NCBI RefSeq assembly: GCF_018350175.1
Contig: NC_058373.1
Coordinates: forward strand, 104,782,001 to 104,846,000
Length of the DNA: 64,000 bases
From: Felis catus
Lineage: Eukaryota
Direction of reading: 5' to 3'
The notes under the pieces were generated by a model. That model searched no databases, was not told where the DNA came from, and saw only the letters and a list, made by a program, of their open reading frames with translations. Of the stretch, positions 1-12,490 are shown in pieces. Each line of letters starts with the position of its first letter. Positions within the stretch are counted from its first letter, which is position 1. The position numbers and the translations under genes are program-made.

Positions 1-30
1 CACAATGATGCCTTGGAGAAGGGCAAGAAG
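1..30 (+). CDS. Possible 3' end of a coding exon (…HNDALEKGKK), cut by the window edge; gene not identified
   Basis: Frame 1 is open (CAC AAT GAT GCC TTG GAG AAG GGC AAG AAG), then a consensus donor AAG|GTGAGT at 31-36 (phase 0). Frame 2 (TMMPWRRARR) is also open. Only 30 nt are visible. Confidence 0.4.
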
Positions 31-477
31 GTGAGTGAGCCTGGTTTGGGATTACCAATGTTTTCAAAAAATATGCTCAAACTGAGTTCTCCCCTCCCCT
101 CCCCAGAGACCTGCTAAATCCTGCTTAATCCCACAGCTGCCCTGGGCCTCTCTTCTGTCCTACTGAGTAGAGAAGAAGCATTGCTGAAATGAGCCACATG
201 CTGAAGGAATAAAAAGAAACACCCACCAAGTGACCAGACTTGATTATGAAGGCAGCATTCCCAAACATCAGCTCCAGCCTTCCTACGGGTACAGCAGGTG
301 TAACCTGCCCCCGAGACAGCCCCTCCAAGCATCACCCCCATCAACATTACAACTGAAGGTCTGGCTAGGCAAACCTTTCTGTGGTTCAGAGCTTTGCCAC
401 TCTGAAAGCTGTCCAGTTTCTGTTGGAATACAAGAACCCCTTAGAAGAGTAGTAGCTATTAAAACTCTATCATAGCT

Positions 478-714
478 GGGGCGCCTGGGTGGCTCAGTCG
501 GTTAAGCGTCCGACTTCAGCTCAGGTCACAATCTCGCGGTCCGTGAGTTCGAGCCCCGCGTCGGGCTCTGGGCTGATGGCTCAGAGCCTGGAGCCTGCTT
601 CCGATTCTGTGTCTCCCTCTCTCTCTCTGCCCCTCCCCCGTTCATGCTCTGTCTCTCTCTGTCTCAAAAATAAATAAACTTAAAAAAATTATTAAAAAAA
701 TAAATAAAATAAAA
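478..714 (+). mobile_element. Can-SINE (SINEC_Fc-type)
   Basis: GGGGCGCCTGGGTGGCTCAGTCGGTTAAGCG head, B-box GAGTTCGAGCCC, (CT)n, AATAAA/A tail. 17-bp TSD TAAAACTCTATCATAGC at 460-476 and 715-731. Confidence 0.97.
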
Positions 715-789
715 TAAAACTCTATCATAGCAATGTCTGCTTTGGGTGTAGGCCTGCAGTTTTAAAGACTCTCGTATGTACAGTTTTTT

Positions 790-959
790 GGGGGTGCCTG
801 GGTGGCTCAGTCAGTTAAGCGTCCAACCCTTGATTTCAGCTCAGATCATGATCTCACAGTTCGTGAGTTTGAGCTCCGCATCAGGCTCCTCACTGACAGC
901 ACAGAGCCTGCTTGGGATTCTGTCTCTCCCTCTCCCTCTCTGCGCCTCCCCTGCTCGCA

Positions 960-1002
<43 letters not shown>

Positions 1003-1015
1003 TAAATAAATAAAT
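790..1015 (+). mobile_element. Can-SINE, older subfamily, with long (CT)n
   Basis: GGGGTGCCTGGGTGGCTCAG head with the TTGATTTCAGCTCAG variant, (CT)n at about 965-997, (AAAT)n tail. Confidence 0.95.
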
Positions 1016-1189
1016 ACTTCTTGAAGGCTCTGGGCCATAACCAGAGGCTCCTGCTTGTGGCTCAGAAGGACCCAAAGTTTAGAACCATGCAATCTCATCT
1101 CCAGAATTTCTGAGTGGTTACCTTTGTCTGGAAAACCTTTGCTCTCTTTGTCTGACTTACTAGATCGTTGTTGTTTTCAATTAAAGTTT

Positions 1190-2458
1190 CTATATTGAAA
1201 CGATTATAGATGCACATGTAGTTGCAAAAAATAAAACTGAAAGGTCTCCTGTATTCTTTACTCAGTTTTCTCCACAAGGGGTAACATCTTGCAAAACTAT
1301 AGTGTAATATCAGAACCAAGGTATTGACATTGATACAGTCAAGATGAGGAACAATCCTGTCACCAAGCATCTCTCACTCTTGTCCTTTCGTAACTGCATC
1401 TACTTCCTTCCTGCCTCCATGCCCTCCTTAACCCCTGACAACCACTAATCTGTTCTTCATCTCTGCAATTTTGTCATTTCGAGAATGTTATATCAATGGA
1501 ATCACATAATATGTAAACTTTTGAGATTGGCTTTTTTCACTTAGCATAATTTTCTAGAGATTTATCCAGATCATTGTATATAGCAGTAGTTTGGGGCTTG
1601 GCAGGGGGGTGGGGGGGTGGGAGGGTGTTGTTGTCATCATTGTTGTTATTTGGCAAGACTAGTATTCCATTGTATGGGTGTTGCAATTTGTTTAATCATT
1701 CACCCACTGAAGGAGTAGGTTGTTTCCAACTTGGAGCTATTATGGATAAAACTGCTATAAACATTTGTGTTAGTATGAGGTGTTAGCATGAAGATAACTC
1801 TTCAGTTATTTGGGATAAATGCCCAGGAGTGCAATTGCTGGGTTGTATGACTGTTACACGTTTAGTTTTCTAGGAAACTATCAAACTGTTTTCCAGAGTA
1901 GCTCCATCATTTTATATTCCTACCAGCAATTTAGGAGTGATCCAGTTGCTCCAAAGCCTCACCAGCATTCAGTATTGTTGATAGTTTTTTTATTTTAGCA
2001 ATTCTGGTGGATACGCAATGATGTCTCATTGAGGTTTTGATTTGCATTTCCTTAATGGCTAATAATATTGAACACCTTTTCCTATGTGTATCTGCCATCT
2101 GTAAATCCCCTTTGGTGAGACATCTCGTCATGTCTCTTGCCCATTTTCCAGTTGAATTGTTTGGTTTTTCACTATTGAACTTTGTGAGTTTGTGGGGTTT
2201 TTTTAATGTATTCTAGATATGTGATTTGAAATACATTCTCCCAGTCTCTAGCTTGTCTTTTCATTCGCTTAACAGAATCACACAACTAAAGTTGTTAAAT
2301 TTAATGAAGTCCAATTGATCAAATTTTCCTATGATAGATCATGCTTCTCACATCAAGTCTAAGAACTGCTTAGCTAGCCCTCAATGCCCACTGTGGTCTC
2401 CTATGCTTTTTTCCAAAAGCTTTCCAAACGGTAGGTTTTACATTTAAATCCATGATCT
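1190..2458 (-). mobile_element. Old L1 (L1MC/L1MD-like) 3' end including ORF2 C-terminal remnant
   Basis: Antisense L1 motifs TTTTTTCACTTAGCATAAT, TGTTTCCAACTTGGAGCTATT, GGTTTTGATTTGCATTTCCTTAATGGCTAAT. ORF 1931..2131 resembles the ORF2 C-terminus (MQIKTSMRHH). Confidence 0.85.
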
Positions 2459-2459
2459 A

Positions 2460-3600
2460 AGATGGAAAACTTTTAAACAACTGTTCTATTCCACCATAAC
2501 GCCACAGAAAAACTGTGCACTCAGCCTCACCCATACTGGCCAAAGCTAAGTGGGGAGCTCAGACTTCCACTCACCCCAGGATCTAATGAGGCACCCCAGT
2601 CAATACCGCCTGCATACATCAGAGAAGGCCAAGTAAGAGGCCAAGATTTTTGTCTTTGCCAGTAATAAGAGTCCCCTCTCTCCTCCTCTACTGACCCCCA
2701 CTGTGCTAGTGAAAACCATGTGGGGAACCTGTAGTTCTACCTCCATCAGGCACAAAGGAGGCACCTCTCCTCCTCCCCTCTGGGGTGATGTGATGTCAGA
2801 GATGGTCCAGTGGAGAGTCAGGACTTTCACCATCATCCAGTAGTAACAAGGTCACCCCCACTGCAGTGTCATTGAAGACCATGTAGGGAACCAACATAAT
2901 GGCAGCCCCCTCCCTCAGGTGTCAGTTGAGGCTGAATGGGAAACCTGGACTTCTATGTCCACCTGGCAATAAGATAAGGCCTTCCCTTCCTTGCCAGAGT
3001 AGTGTCAGATAAAGCCAGTTAAAACAGAAGGTTTAATTAAGATCCAGGATCTCAAAACATAATCTGAAACACCCAGTTTCAATAGAAAATCGCTTGTCAT
3101 CTCAAGAACAAGGAAGATCTCACTACACAAAAACAAATAAAATAAAATATACCAACACCAAGATGATAGAGACATCAGAATTATTTGACCAAGATTTTGA
3201 AGCAGCTATGATAAAAATGCTCAACAAGCAATTATGAATACCTTTGAAATAAATGAAAAAAATTAAAGACTTCAGCAAAGAAATAGAAGAACCAAATGGG
3301 AATTTAGAACTGAAAATTTCTATTGTTCTTTTTTCCACTTCACTGATCCTTTCCTCTGTTTCCTCTCTTCTCCTCCATCACTTCAGTTGTTGAGTAACTG
3401 AATATAAGTAACTCAAAATAAAGAGCTCAGTGGATGGGTTCAACAGCAGAAAGGAGGAGATAAAGGAAAGAACCAGCAAACTGGAAGATAGAACAATAGA
3501 ATTAACAAATCTGAACAATAGGGAGGAAATAGACTGAAAAAAACCAACAGATCCAAACCTACAGGGGAAAAGCACTGAAATGTAAGTAGTCTCCGGGCGT
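2460..3600 (+). mobile_element. Old L1M 5'UTR/ORF1 remnant
   Basis: A-rich ORF1-like text GATTTTGAAGCAGCTATGATAAAAATGCTC, CTTCAGCAAAGAAATAGAAG, GATAGAACAATAGAA, preceded by an L1M-type 5' region. Confidence 0.65.
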
Positions 3601-5277
3601 AAGAGACTGTAAAGGCATTGGGCATGTGCTTCTTTTTCCCCATTTGCTGTTCTCCTCACTGGTTGGCCAAACAAATTGGTCTAGTCCCTTGGCCTCTCTT
3701 TGTCCAGTGGACAAGATAAAAGAACTAATGCAGGAAAATAAACAAAGTAGAGTGAAAATAGAATATTCGAACTTCAAGATGGCATCTAAGTTTGGTGGGA
3801 TGGAGTTCACCAGGAAGGATTGATATTGCGTCTAAATTCTGTAAATAGCGAGGAGTGTTCCTCACTTTTGCATCCAACCTTTTCAAAATCCTCTCACGGC
3901 TCCCATTTTTGGAAACACACAGACTTGATGTACATCACTCTTACCAAACTTCCTTAACTACTCCATTGCTGTAACATCCCGAGTTGCTTGTAAGGTTAAA
4001 AACATGAATTATTAAAGAGAGAAGAGACACTGTATAATAATCCACACTTTCCAGAAGAAATCCACATGTGATAAAATGTCAGAACAGCATGAAACAAAGA
4101 CACACATCAAATAAATGAAACCTCTCCCCAGCCAGCATAGCACTGAAGATCAGTGAGTCTCCTGGCACGTCCTTCTAACCCCACGCTGTCACCGTCACGG
4201 AAAATTCAGGGTGGGCACTACCAACACTGACCGGGAGTCTAAATGGGATTCTTCTTTCTCCCTCTTACCAGAAACTAGTTCTGTTAGAAAGTCACTGCAG
4301 CAACCTACCATGCTTAGAATCTCAAGAGACAGCGTGTTTTCCGAAGGGATGGGGGAAGGTTTACCGTCCTCTTCACCTCTAAAAAAACTTCCTCTCCGAA
4401 AGCAGCGGTGTTAGCAAAACTCCCTGTGCAGAACATTTTCTTCTCGACTCTAATTATAGATCTGAAATTCGGGCGAAATGAAAACAAAGAGATTCTGGAG
4501 GAGCCACAAGAAAGTGTCACAAGTTAATACAATGTGATTCTCCCCTCTCCCCGCCCCACCCCTTGCCTTTTTGCACTCAAGTGCTCATTGAGCAAGGAGG
4601 AACTGTACTAGTTTTGTACAGACTCACGTGGACAGACCCCGGCTAAGGCAAACTGTGAGGCAAATTTGTTCTTAGGTACCCCTGGTGTCTGCTGACTTCC
4701 TTGTTCCCAGCCGCCCACTACTCTCCCATTCCGGTGTCCCTTTAACGTCCCATCCCCCTCCCTCCCTGGCTTCTCATGGTCTCTGACTCCCACCAGGTAG
4801 CAACACCAGGCACTGTCCCAATTTTTGATGTATCACTCACTGCTCTGCCCTATAAAAATATTTCCATCGTCTGTCTCTGGCTTCAAGGTGCTGTGATCAG
4901 TTAGCCAGCTCATGGGGAAAACCCAGATAAATATGTTCCAATTGAGCTGAAACAAGCTTAATGTGTTGTGTCTCCCAGGACATATGTGTATTAATGGAGT
5001 GCAGGTGCCTTATCTGCAGGAAACAAATTCCTGAGGACGGAATTTCGGATTTCAGAAGGAGGCCATGTTGTCTTCAAGTGCCCTTTAAAAGGCAGTGTCC
5101 TCACCTGATCATGGCTGTCAAGACCATGGAGAAAGGAAGAGTAATGAACCCAAAATAGTGCCTCACTCAGGGAAACTCTGAAGTTGTAATTAGGGGGAAA
5201 TATAGAAAAAGTTGAATATTAAGTCAAGAAAAATATTTTCGCGATTTTTCACTTCGTAAGAAAACAAAGTAACAAAG

Positions 5278-5450
5278 TCATAGATGATGTTAGACATGAA
5301 GGGAATCCTAGAAACCAACTGTTTCCACTGCTCTCATTTTACACTGCAGGGCACTGAAGCCCAGAGATTCAACATCACACGATGAATCACACAGTGTCGG
5401 AACCAGAGGCAGAACTTGGCCCACTTGATTCCCAGTCCAGGGCTTCCAGG
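5278..5450 (-). mobile_element. MIR fragment
   Basis: CTCATTTTACACTGCAGGGCACTGAAGCCCAGAGA resembles the antisense MIR core. Confidence 0.55.
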
Positions 5451-6671
5451 ACCTCACGTTGGTGGTGCCCAGTTTTATGGATAGTAACTTGACATGTGTA
5501 TCTGGTTGGTTACCCAGAGATGAGAAAAATAACTTTTCAGTCTTTATCCATACTTCTTACAATGTCATACTCGAATTCTGAATTTGTTATGTTTCAATGC
5601 ATCCCCTTCTACATATAGAGTTAAAGGAGGATTGCTAATAGACGCCAACAAAATTACTGTCTGACGAAGGATGCAGACCTAGGGAGATTCTCTAAAGGGT
5701 GTGTGCAGATGTGACAGCCAGCTGGCTTGGTGATGTGAGTTTGGAAAACATCCCATTAGAACTGAGAAACCGTAAGTGCAAGTCACGTAAAAATGAAATT
5801 AGTCTTTCCCACATGACTGGGGGGGAGAAAACAAATTGCTGCATCAAACAGAGATTGGTGACACTGCATCCTCCTCCTTGAACATTATGTCGTGGGGGTC
5901 ACCCTGCCTACAGGTGCTCCAATTGCTGGAGGCCTGTGGTTCCTCCGATCTCTGGTCACCAATTATCTCACAGATGTGTCTCCATCAGAGAAAACACCCC
6001 AAGCCCCACTCCATCTTTACACTGAATGAAGCACAAAGTACAGCTCAATAGAGGACCAAAAACACCCTAAGGAAATTGTTCAAGCTTAGAATAACACAGC
6101 CAGTGTTAATCTTCCTGATCGCCCCTCCCCCCACCACTACCAACGTGTGCAGAACGCTTTAGTGAGGTATGAGAAGTTAACTACGATCTGCAGAACAGAC
6201 TTCCTTATGTAGGAATTGGATCAGCAAAATGCCCAAATCTGCTCATTTACTCTCGCAAGCCCCCTGTGTTCTTGAAGGAGATCTTGTTCATTCTCCGGTC
6301 CATCTTGCCGTCTTGCTGACATTGTTAAATCATTCATATCTATTATGGGGAATATGTCCTTCTTATAACACCCCCCGCCCGTTTCCCATTCATATAACTC
6401 AAAGACAGAAATTGGAATATCAACTTTCTAGAGTTTGGCAATGCTAGCTGTTTGTTTAACCAAATCTTTCTACTGTTTTTATGAGAATATCTCTAGTTCT
6501 TCTTCTCTGTTGGGTTCCTCCTTCACCTCTTTATCCCCTCTCAAAACACTGCAATTTCCAGACAAACTAACAGAGAAACTGCATCAAACCATGATTCGTA
6601 GGTAATGTGACGAAACGTTCTAATTCACCCAGAACACTTTCAGTGCATACCCATTCTCCCATTGAATTATT

Positions 6672-6887
6672 TATTATTTTTTTTTAATGTTTATTTGTTT
6701 TTGAGAGACAGAGACAGAGAGCAAGTGGGGGAGGGGCAGAGAGAGAGAGGGAGACACAGAATCCGAAGCAGGCTCCAGGCTCTGAGCTGTCAGCACAGAG
6801 CCTGACTCGGGTCTCCAACTCATGAACCCAGAGATAATGACCTGAGCTGAAGTCAGACGTTTAACTGATGGAGCCACCTAGCGCCCC
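6672..6887 (-). mobile_element. Can-SINE
   Basis: Reverse-complement SINE. TSD TCCCATTGAATTATT / TCCCATCGAATTATT at 6657 and 6888. Confidence 0.96.
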
Positions 6888-6974
6888 TCCCATCGAATTA
6901 TTAATAACACACCCTGCCAGCCAACAAATGCATTTGTTACAACAAAGTATAGGGCCATCTTACCTATATATTTG

Positions 6975-7255
6975 TATGAATGGATATGGAAAGATCTCAA
7001 AACTACAATTGTGAAAAATCAAGTCACTGAATAGTGTGTAAAGTACAATCCCATTTGTCTAAAAAATTTAAATATATGTGCTTGAAAATATGTACGTAGA
7101 AAACTTAGGAAAGAAACTTGGCTATGATTACTTTGAGAATTTGATTTGATGAGATTGTGAGTGGGGGTGGTGAGAGGGATTTTTTTTTTCACTTTTTGTC
7201 TTTCTATTTGATATGTTTTCCATTAGCATGAATGTATTTTATAATAATAAAAGAA
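6975..7255 (+). mobile_element. Old L1ME-like 3' fragment
   Basis: TGGATATGGAAAGATCTC…AGTACAATCCCATTTGT…GCATGAATGTATTTTATAATAATAAAA. Confidence 0.5.
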
Positions 7256-7471
7256 CAATCTTTAGGAATGAAGGTTTAGAATTCCCATGATGCAAAGGGG
7301 CTGCCAAGGTTTCTTTGCCACAGTGATTATTTTATCACAACTAATATACCTGCCCAAAATGGTGAGAACCACAAAGTATGCAGCAACAGCCAGTGCCATG
7401 AAAGGTATGATTCAGAATTCCTGTATTCTGTACAGTTTCTCTTCTCTTACATGAGTAAGAAAGAAAAAATA

Positions 7472-7690
7472 GGGGCACCTGGGTGGCTCAGTCGGTTGAG
7501 CGTCTGACTTCGGCTCTGGTCATGATCTCACAATTTGTGAGTTGGAGCCCCGCATCGGGCTCTGTGCTGATGGCTCAGAGCATGGAGCCGGCTTCAGATT
7601 CTGTGTCTCCTTCTCTCTCTCTGCCCCTCCCCCACTTGTACTCTTTCTCTATCAAAAATAAATAAAATATTTTTAAAATTTTTTTTAAAA
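7472..7690 (+). mobile_element. Can-SINE
   Basis: Head GGGGCACCTGGGTGGCTCAGTCGG. TSD-like AAGAAAGAAAAAATA / AAGAGAGAAAAAATA. Confidence 0.96.
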
Positions 7691-9599
7691 AGAGAGAAAA
7701 AATAAAGGAGATAAAGGAACAAGAATATAGTTCGTGGGGAATGATGCCATGGGTGAGCTTGAACCAGGCTCCTGGGTGGCAAATGTTATCTTTTGGTTTC
7801 TGGCGTGGGTCCTGTGCTAGGAAGCTCCCATGACCAACCTTCATTTCTCTCTCTCTTCCTGCCTATTTCTCTCCCCAAGACACTCGTGCATGCAGCTTGA
7901 TTTTTCTCTGGCTACAATTATAATAAAATGCATAGAACTCACAACTAACTAGAAGATCAGGGTTATCAATTAAAGGGAGGTTCTGCACCTCTGACACAGT
8001 GCATCCTCCCTCCCATGGGAAATTGGCATGTCCCTATTTTCCTGCAGGTGTCAACCCGAGGAGATCAGGAAAGCAAAGTTCCCTCCTATTTACTTTTGAG
8101 GCTGAGTGCAGTAAGTTTGCTATCTCATCCAAAGACCCCACAAAGTGCTGGGTAGCACATTACTTACAACAGAGAGCCCCTAAGCTATGGAGTGACCAAA
8201 GCGAGTTACTTGGTCTCCTTGTTAATCAGTGAGGCCCCTGTCTTGTATGCTGCTTTCTCTCCTAATGAAAATAAGAGAACAACACTCATGCCAGTCTGTT
8301 GAGTGGCTAAGTCAGCCAAGAGGGTTTGGCAGAAGATTCCTTTCTGCTCTGGCACATTGCCATTTATCTGTGAAAGGTCGCTGGATAGCATCTCCTTGTT
8401 GAAATCAATGCAGATTGCTTAACACAAATATTGACAAAATGAAACAGAACCAAATGGGAAAAAAAAAACTTAGGGGATGTTAGGCCTCGATAATCAATGA
8501 AAATATTGCTTTTAAAATGACATTAAGTACAAAGCATAACATGAATCAGATGGAGATTGTACCAATTATCTCTCATTGAGTGCACCTGAAGCAAAAAAAA
8601 AAAAAATCTTGGCATGAAAATATAATTAAAACACCGTAACAATTTAAGCAGGATACATTTGTTTAAAGAACATGATTCTTTGTCCTAGTCGCTAGAGTTT
8701 TCCTTCAAAGTCCAATGGCGTGACTGATGAAGGGCCACTGATTCATTCCGACAAAAATAAAAAAATAAAAAATAAAAAACCCCACAAAGATCAATTTAAT
8801 AGGTGGGAGCCTTCATGGCCAAGTCCCAGGTGATCTGGGCTCCGTGCACTAAGGTTTTCAGTGTCCTTATTAACCAATTCCCAGTGAGGCTCAAGAGAAA
8901 ATGGCCTACTTCCTTGCTGATTTTCATTTAAAAAGGCATCTTCTCTTCCCCACCCAAGACAAGCAGTAGGGAGTTGTCTTGCACCCAACTTTACAGGTGG
9001 ATCCATCTGGAGAATGCAAACATTCACCTCAGCAAGATTTTCCTACCAGGGGCATCCAGATTCTCATCTGCTTTCTCTCACTGCCCTGGCCAGGGTCACA
9101 TTCACATATTTTGTGAAGTATCTTGGCACACAATTACGCTTAAAATGAGCAGATTCCCAAGACATGGAAATTATTATTATATCAATCTCTTACCAGGCAC
9201 TGCAGTGAGGCCTTTCTCTGATTAAAGCACCAAATATGCACAGAAACTGAGCCAGATTCTCCCAGGATCTCTGTTGCCCTCTAATTGTTGGATATATTTG
9301 ATCATTGCAAGCGACTCTTAAGCAGCGAAGATGCTGTTCAAGCACTGTTGCAGAAAAACACAAGCTGGTTTCAATGTTCTTTAGGGTCAATAATCTTCCA
9401 GATAGGCTTTTCTCGGTTTTAGGCCTCACTCCATAGATTGTGCTGTAGTGTTGGGGGAGGAAAGGTTGCAAAACTTCCCCTAACTCCTGCCTCCGTCAAG
9501 CAGTACTGAGAAAGATGGGATCAGCTGCTGGCCCAGCTTCCAGCTCTGAATCCAACAGAGGGGGTTGCTTCTCCTCCCATTTTCCCCCCGCAGTTACTC

Positions 9600-10482
9600 T
9601 GAAGTTACACTGTCCTCCCTTGTTCCTCCAACACTCAAAGCTCATTCCCACCTTATGGCCTTTAGAATGCCCTGCCTCCAGATCTTGTCATGACTGGCTT
9701 CTTCTGGTCATGTGGGTCTCAGTGCCGATGGTGTCTTCTTAGGGAGGCCTTCTCTGCTCACCAATCTAAGTGAGCAATCTCTATTTCTTGGCTTAAGTGT
9801 CCCAGAAGAGATGAGGATTCATGGCAGGTAATTTAGTAAGGATACACTGCCTGGGGCAAGCAGTAAGGGAGTGGGAGACACAGAAAAAGACATTAGAAGA
9901 AGCCATGAAAGGGTGTGGACTGAGGCAAAAACCCAGGCTTGTCCTGATTCTGCAGGAGATCTGGGTATGCTGTGGCCTGAGAGTCAGTCTGGACACATTG
10001 CAAGGGAGCTGGTCTTCCACACACTCCTGTACCAGTCAGTCATTGGTAAGGCTGAGGAGGGAACATGGACATAAACTCCTAGGCACTCTCAGCTCCTGTA
10101 CCCGCCCATGCAGGGGCTCTAACAGACCAAAGGCAGACTTTTGAACACAGTCACAGGTGCGTGCTATATGAGGTCCCATGCACTCAGAAGCAGGGGTTGG
10201 GCACACAAACCCAGTAAATGCACCAATGACACCCACTCACCCTCCAATCCATCATTCTCCGATATAAATCCTTGTTGAAACAAATTTGTTTGAGTGCACT
10301 TGCTAGTATCTGAGATTGTCTTGCTCATGAACGCATTCACTTATTCTCTGTCTTCCCTAACTTGGCCAATATCTGCATGACGGCAAAGATCCAACTGCCT
10401 CGTTCACTGTCCCCCACCAGGGATAGAACCAGTGCTTGGCACAGAGAGGATGGCTCAGTAAATATTTAGTGAGTAAATGAAG
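9600..10482 (+). mobile_element. L2 3' end, split by an LTR insertion (pieces about 9600-9775 and 10300-10482)
   Basis: L2 motifs TGTTCCTCCAACAC…AGGGAGGCCTTCTCTG and terminal AGTGCTTGGCACAGAGAGG…CTCAGTAAATATTTAGTGAGTAAATGAA. Confidence 0.65.
9790..10250 (-). mobile_element. Old ERVL-class solo LTR (LTR16/LTR33-like)
   Basis: GGATTCATGGCAGGTAATTTAGT…CAGTAAGGGAGTGGGAGAC resembles antisense LTR16-group LTRs. It lies between the two L2 pieces. Confidence 0.5.
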
Positions 10483-10709
10483 GAACCAGGCCAATACGCT
10501 AGGACTCAGAGGAGGGACTGACCCTCGGACTCTGTCCTGGAAAGGCAGAGGGCAACTGTGACAGAGTGAAATAAGCACAGGATCCGGGGTCGGGAAACTT
10601 GGCTTTCACAGTCCTGTGAACTCAGGCAAGTAAAGTCACTATGCCTCCCTGACCTCAGTTTTCTTATCTGTGTAGTAAAGACAAGTGTGTAGAGACTTGT
10701 CTACAAGGA

Positions 10710-11335
10710 CGTTTGTCACACTGTTGTTTATTACAGCCAATCGTTGGAAAGAACATAAATATTCAGCCCTGGGGAATTAATCGTACCCACACAATGGATC
10801 GCCATAGAAATAGTAGAAATAATGTTGTGAAAATATTACTTAATGCCAGGGCACCTGGGTGGCTCAGTCGGTTAAGCGGCCGACCTTGGCTCGGGTCACG
10901 ATCTCGCGGTCTGTGAGTTCGAGCCCCACGTCGGGCTCTGTGCTGACAGCTCAGAGCCTGGAGCCTGTTTCAGATTCTGTGTCTCCCTCTCTCTGCCCCT
11001 CCCCCGTTCATGCTCTGTCTCTCTCTGTCTCAAAAATAAATAAATGTTTAAAAAAATTTAAAAAAATATTACTTAATGCCATAAAAAGATTTCTAAAATA
11101 TATGGTTACGTGAAAAAACAGTGGGTCGCAAGACAGTATGTGTAGTACAACTCTATTTTAATGTATTTTATGGGTGTATATTTGTATCTGTATACATTAC
11201 AAAACTGGAAGGATACACATGAAAATGTTTATAGTGGTTGCCTCAGGGTGGAGAGATTGTGGGTTTTATTTACTTCCTCCTCTTATTTTATCTGCGTTTT
11301 CTAAACTCTCCAAAGTGAAGTGTATCACTTTTGTA
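10710..11335 (+). mobile_element. Old L1ME-like 3' fragment interrupted by a SINE
   Basis: AAAACTGGAAGGATACACATGAAAATGTTTATAGTGGTTGCCTCAGGG is typical of L1ME 3' ends. Confidence 0.6.
10849..11062 (+). mobile_element. Can-SINE
   Basis: Perfect 19-bp TSD AAAATATTACTTAATGCCA at 10830-10848 and 11063-11081. Confidence 0.97.
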
Positions 11336-11439
11336 AAGGGAGGAAGGGATTGTTTAAATTGCTTTTCTCCCAATGCCAAAATAATCTCCGAGGACTAGTC
11401 TAACACTGTTTGTTCTTGTGAGAACAGTTTGTAAAGCTG

Positions 11440-11700
11440 TCGAAAAGAGCATCAGACAGGCTCTAGTTTGGCCTCTGCTCCTTGTTAACTGGTTGCAGGG
11501 GAAGGGCTGATGCGGAGGGTGGACAGTGTTTAGTCCGCTTTGAAACATTAATCTCTCTGGGCTCAGCTTCCTCATCTGCAAAACCCATATGTTGTCAAAA
11601 ACCCCTCCAGAACAGGAAGGTATGCACTGCATAAAAGAGCAAACAGGATACCTATGTCCCACACATCGGAAGTAAGCACGTACTAAATGGCACCCATAGT
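11440..11700 (+). mobile_element. MIR
   Basis: AATCTCTCTGGGCTCAGCTTCCTCATCTGCAAAA core and GTAAGCACGTACTAAATGG 3' end. Confidence 0.65.
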
Positions 11701-12490
11701 TCACTCTCCCTGCACAGAGGGTTTACTGTGTGTCTGGATTTGAACATTTAGTCATTTAGGCTGACTTTGTTACAGCAAGTATATGGCAAGAAATTCTGAC
11801 CAGAAGGACAGAAGGGATGAACAATTCTTAGCACTTGTCATGTGCTCATACACAGCAGTAAAAGGTTTTTTGTCCCCTGATGGAGCCAGGTTCTCCCTAA
11901 AGGCTTATGGGTAACCAGTAGCCGAGCTGTTACTCTTACTTGATAGTATGTGTAACGGTGGCTGAGAGTTGACAGAAAGTTTGAGGCTGATGACTAATCA
12001 CCCCTTTTTCTTCCCTGACTTTTGAACCAAGTAGGAAAAAGATGCAGCAAAATGTTGGAGGATTAACATGCCAGCTCTATCACCAATCAGCTTGATCACC
12101 GGTATGGGGAAGAGGGCTTGGGTCTGCCATCACAGTTGGGTTTTGAACACTTTCTCCCGTGCACTGAATTACCAACCCCAAACTGGAGAACCACGACCTC
12201 CCAGGAGAGCACTCGACAGGAAGGAGCAGTAAGAGGTGCTTTGGAAAGAGAGAAGGGAGCTGAGGTACCCGGTTCACACCCATCCCCCAGTCTCAACCAT
12301 CAGTAGCCTCCCTTGCAGAGGAGCCAGTAGAAGGTAGAAGCTACTTCCCCAATATTTTTCCCCTTGGAATCAGATGTTCCTTCTTGAAATCCTGAGGATT
12401 TCTCTCTTTTGTTCGCTGCTGAATCTGACTCCCTAGATCTCAATAAATATCCACTCACTAAAGAATGGATGAATAGAAATATGAGAACTA

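Noticed and set aside
478..560. tRNA-like A-box and B-box sequences
   Set aside because: They are tRNA-derived SINE heads, continuing into SINE body, (CT)n and A tail with TSDs; not tRNA genes.
489..677. Recurrent ORF family MAQSVKRPTSAQV… / …GGAEREGDTESEAGSRL (many copies on both strands)
   Set aside because: These are translations of Can-SINE copies, not a protein family.
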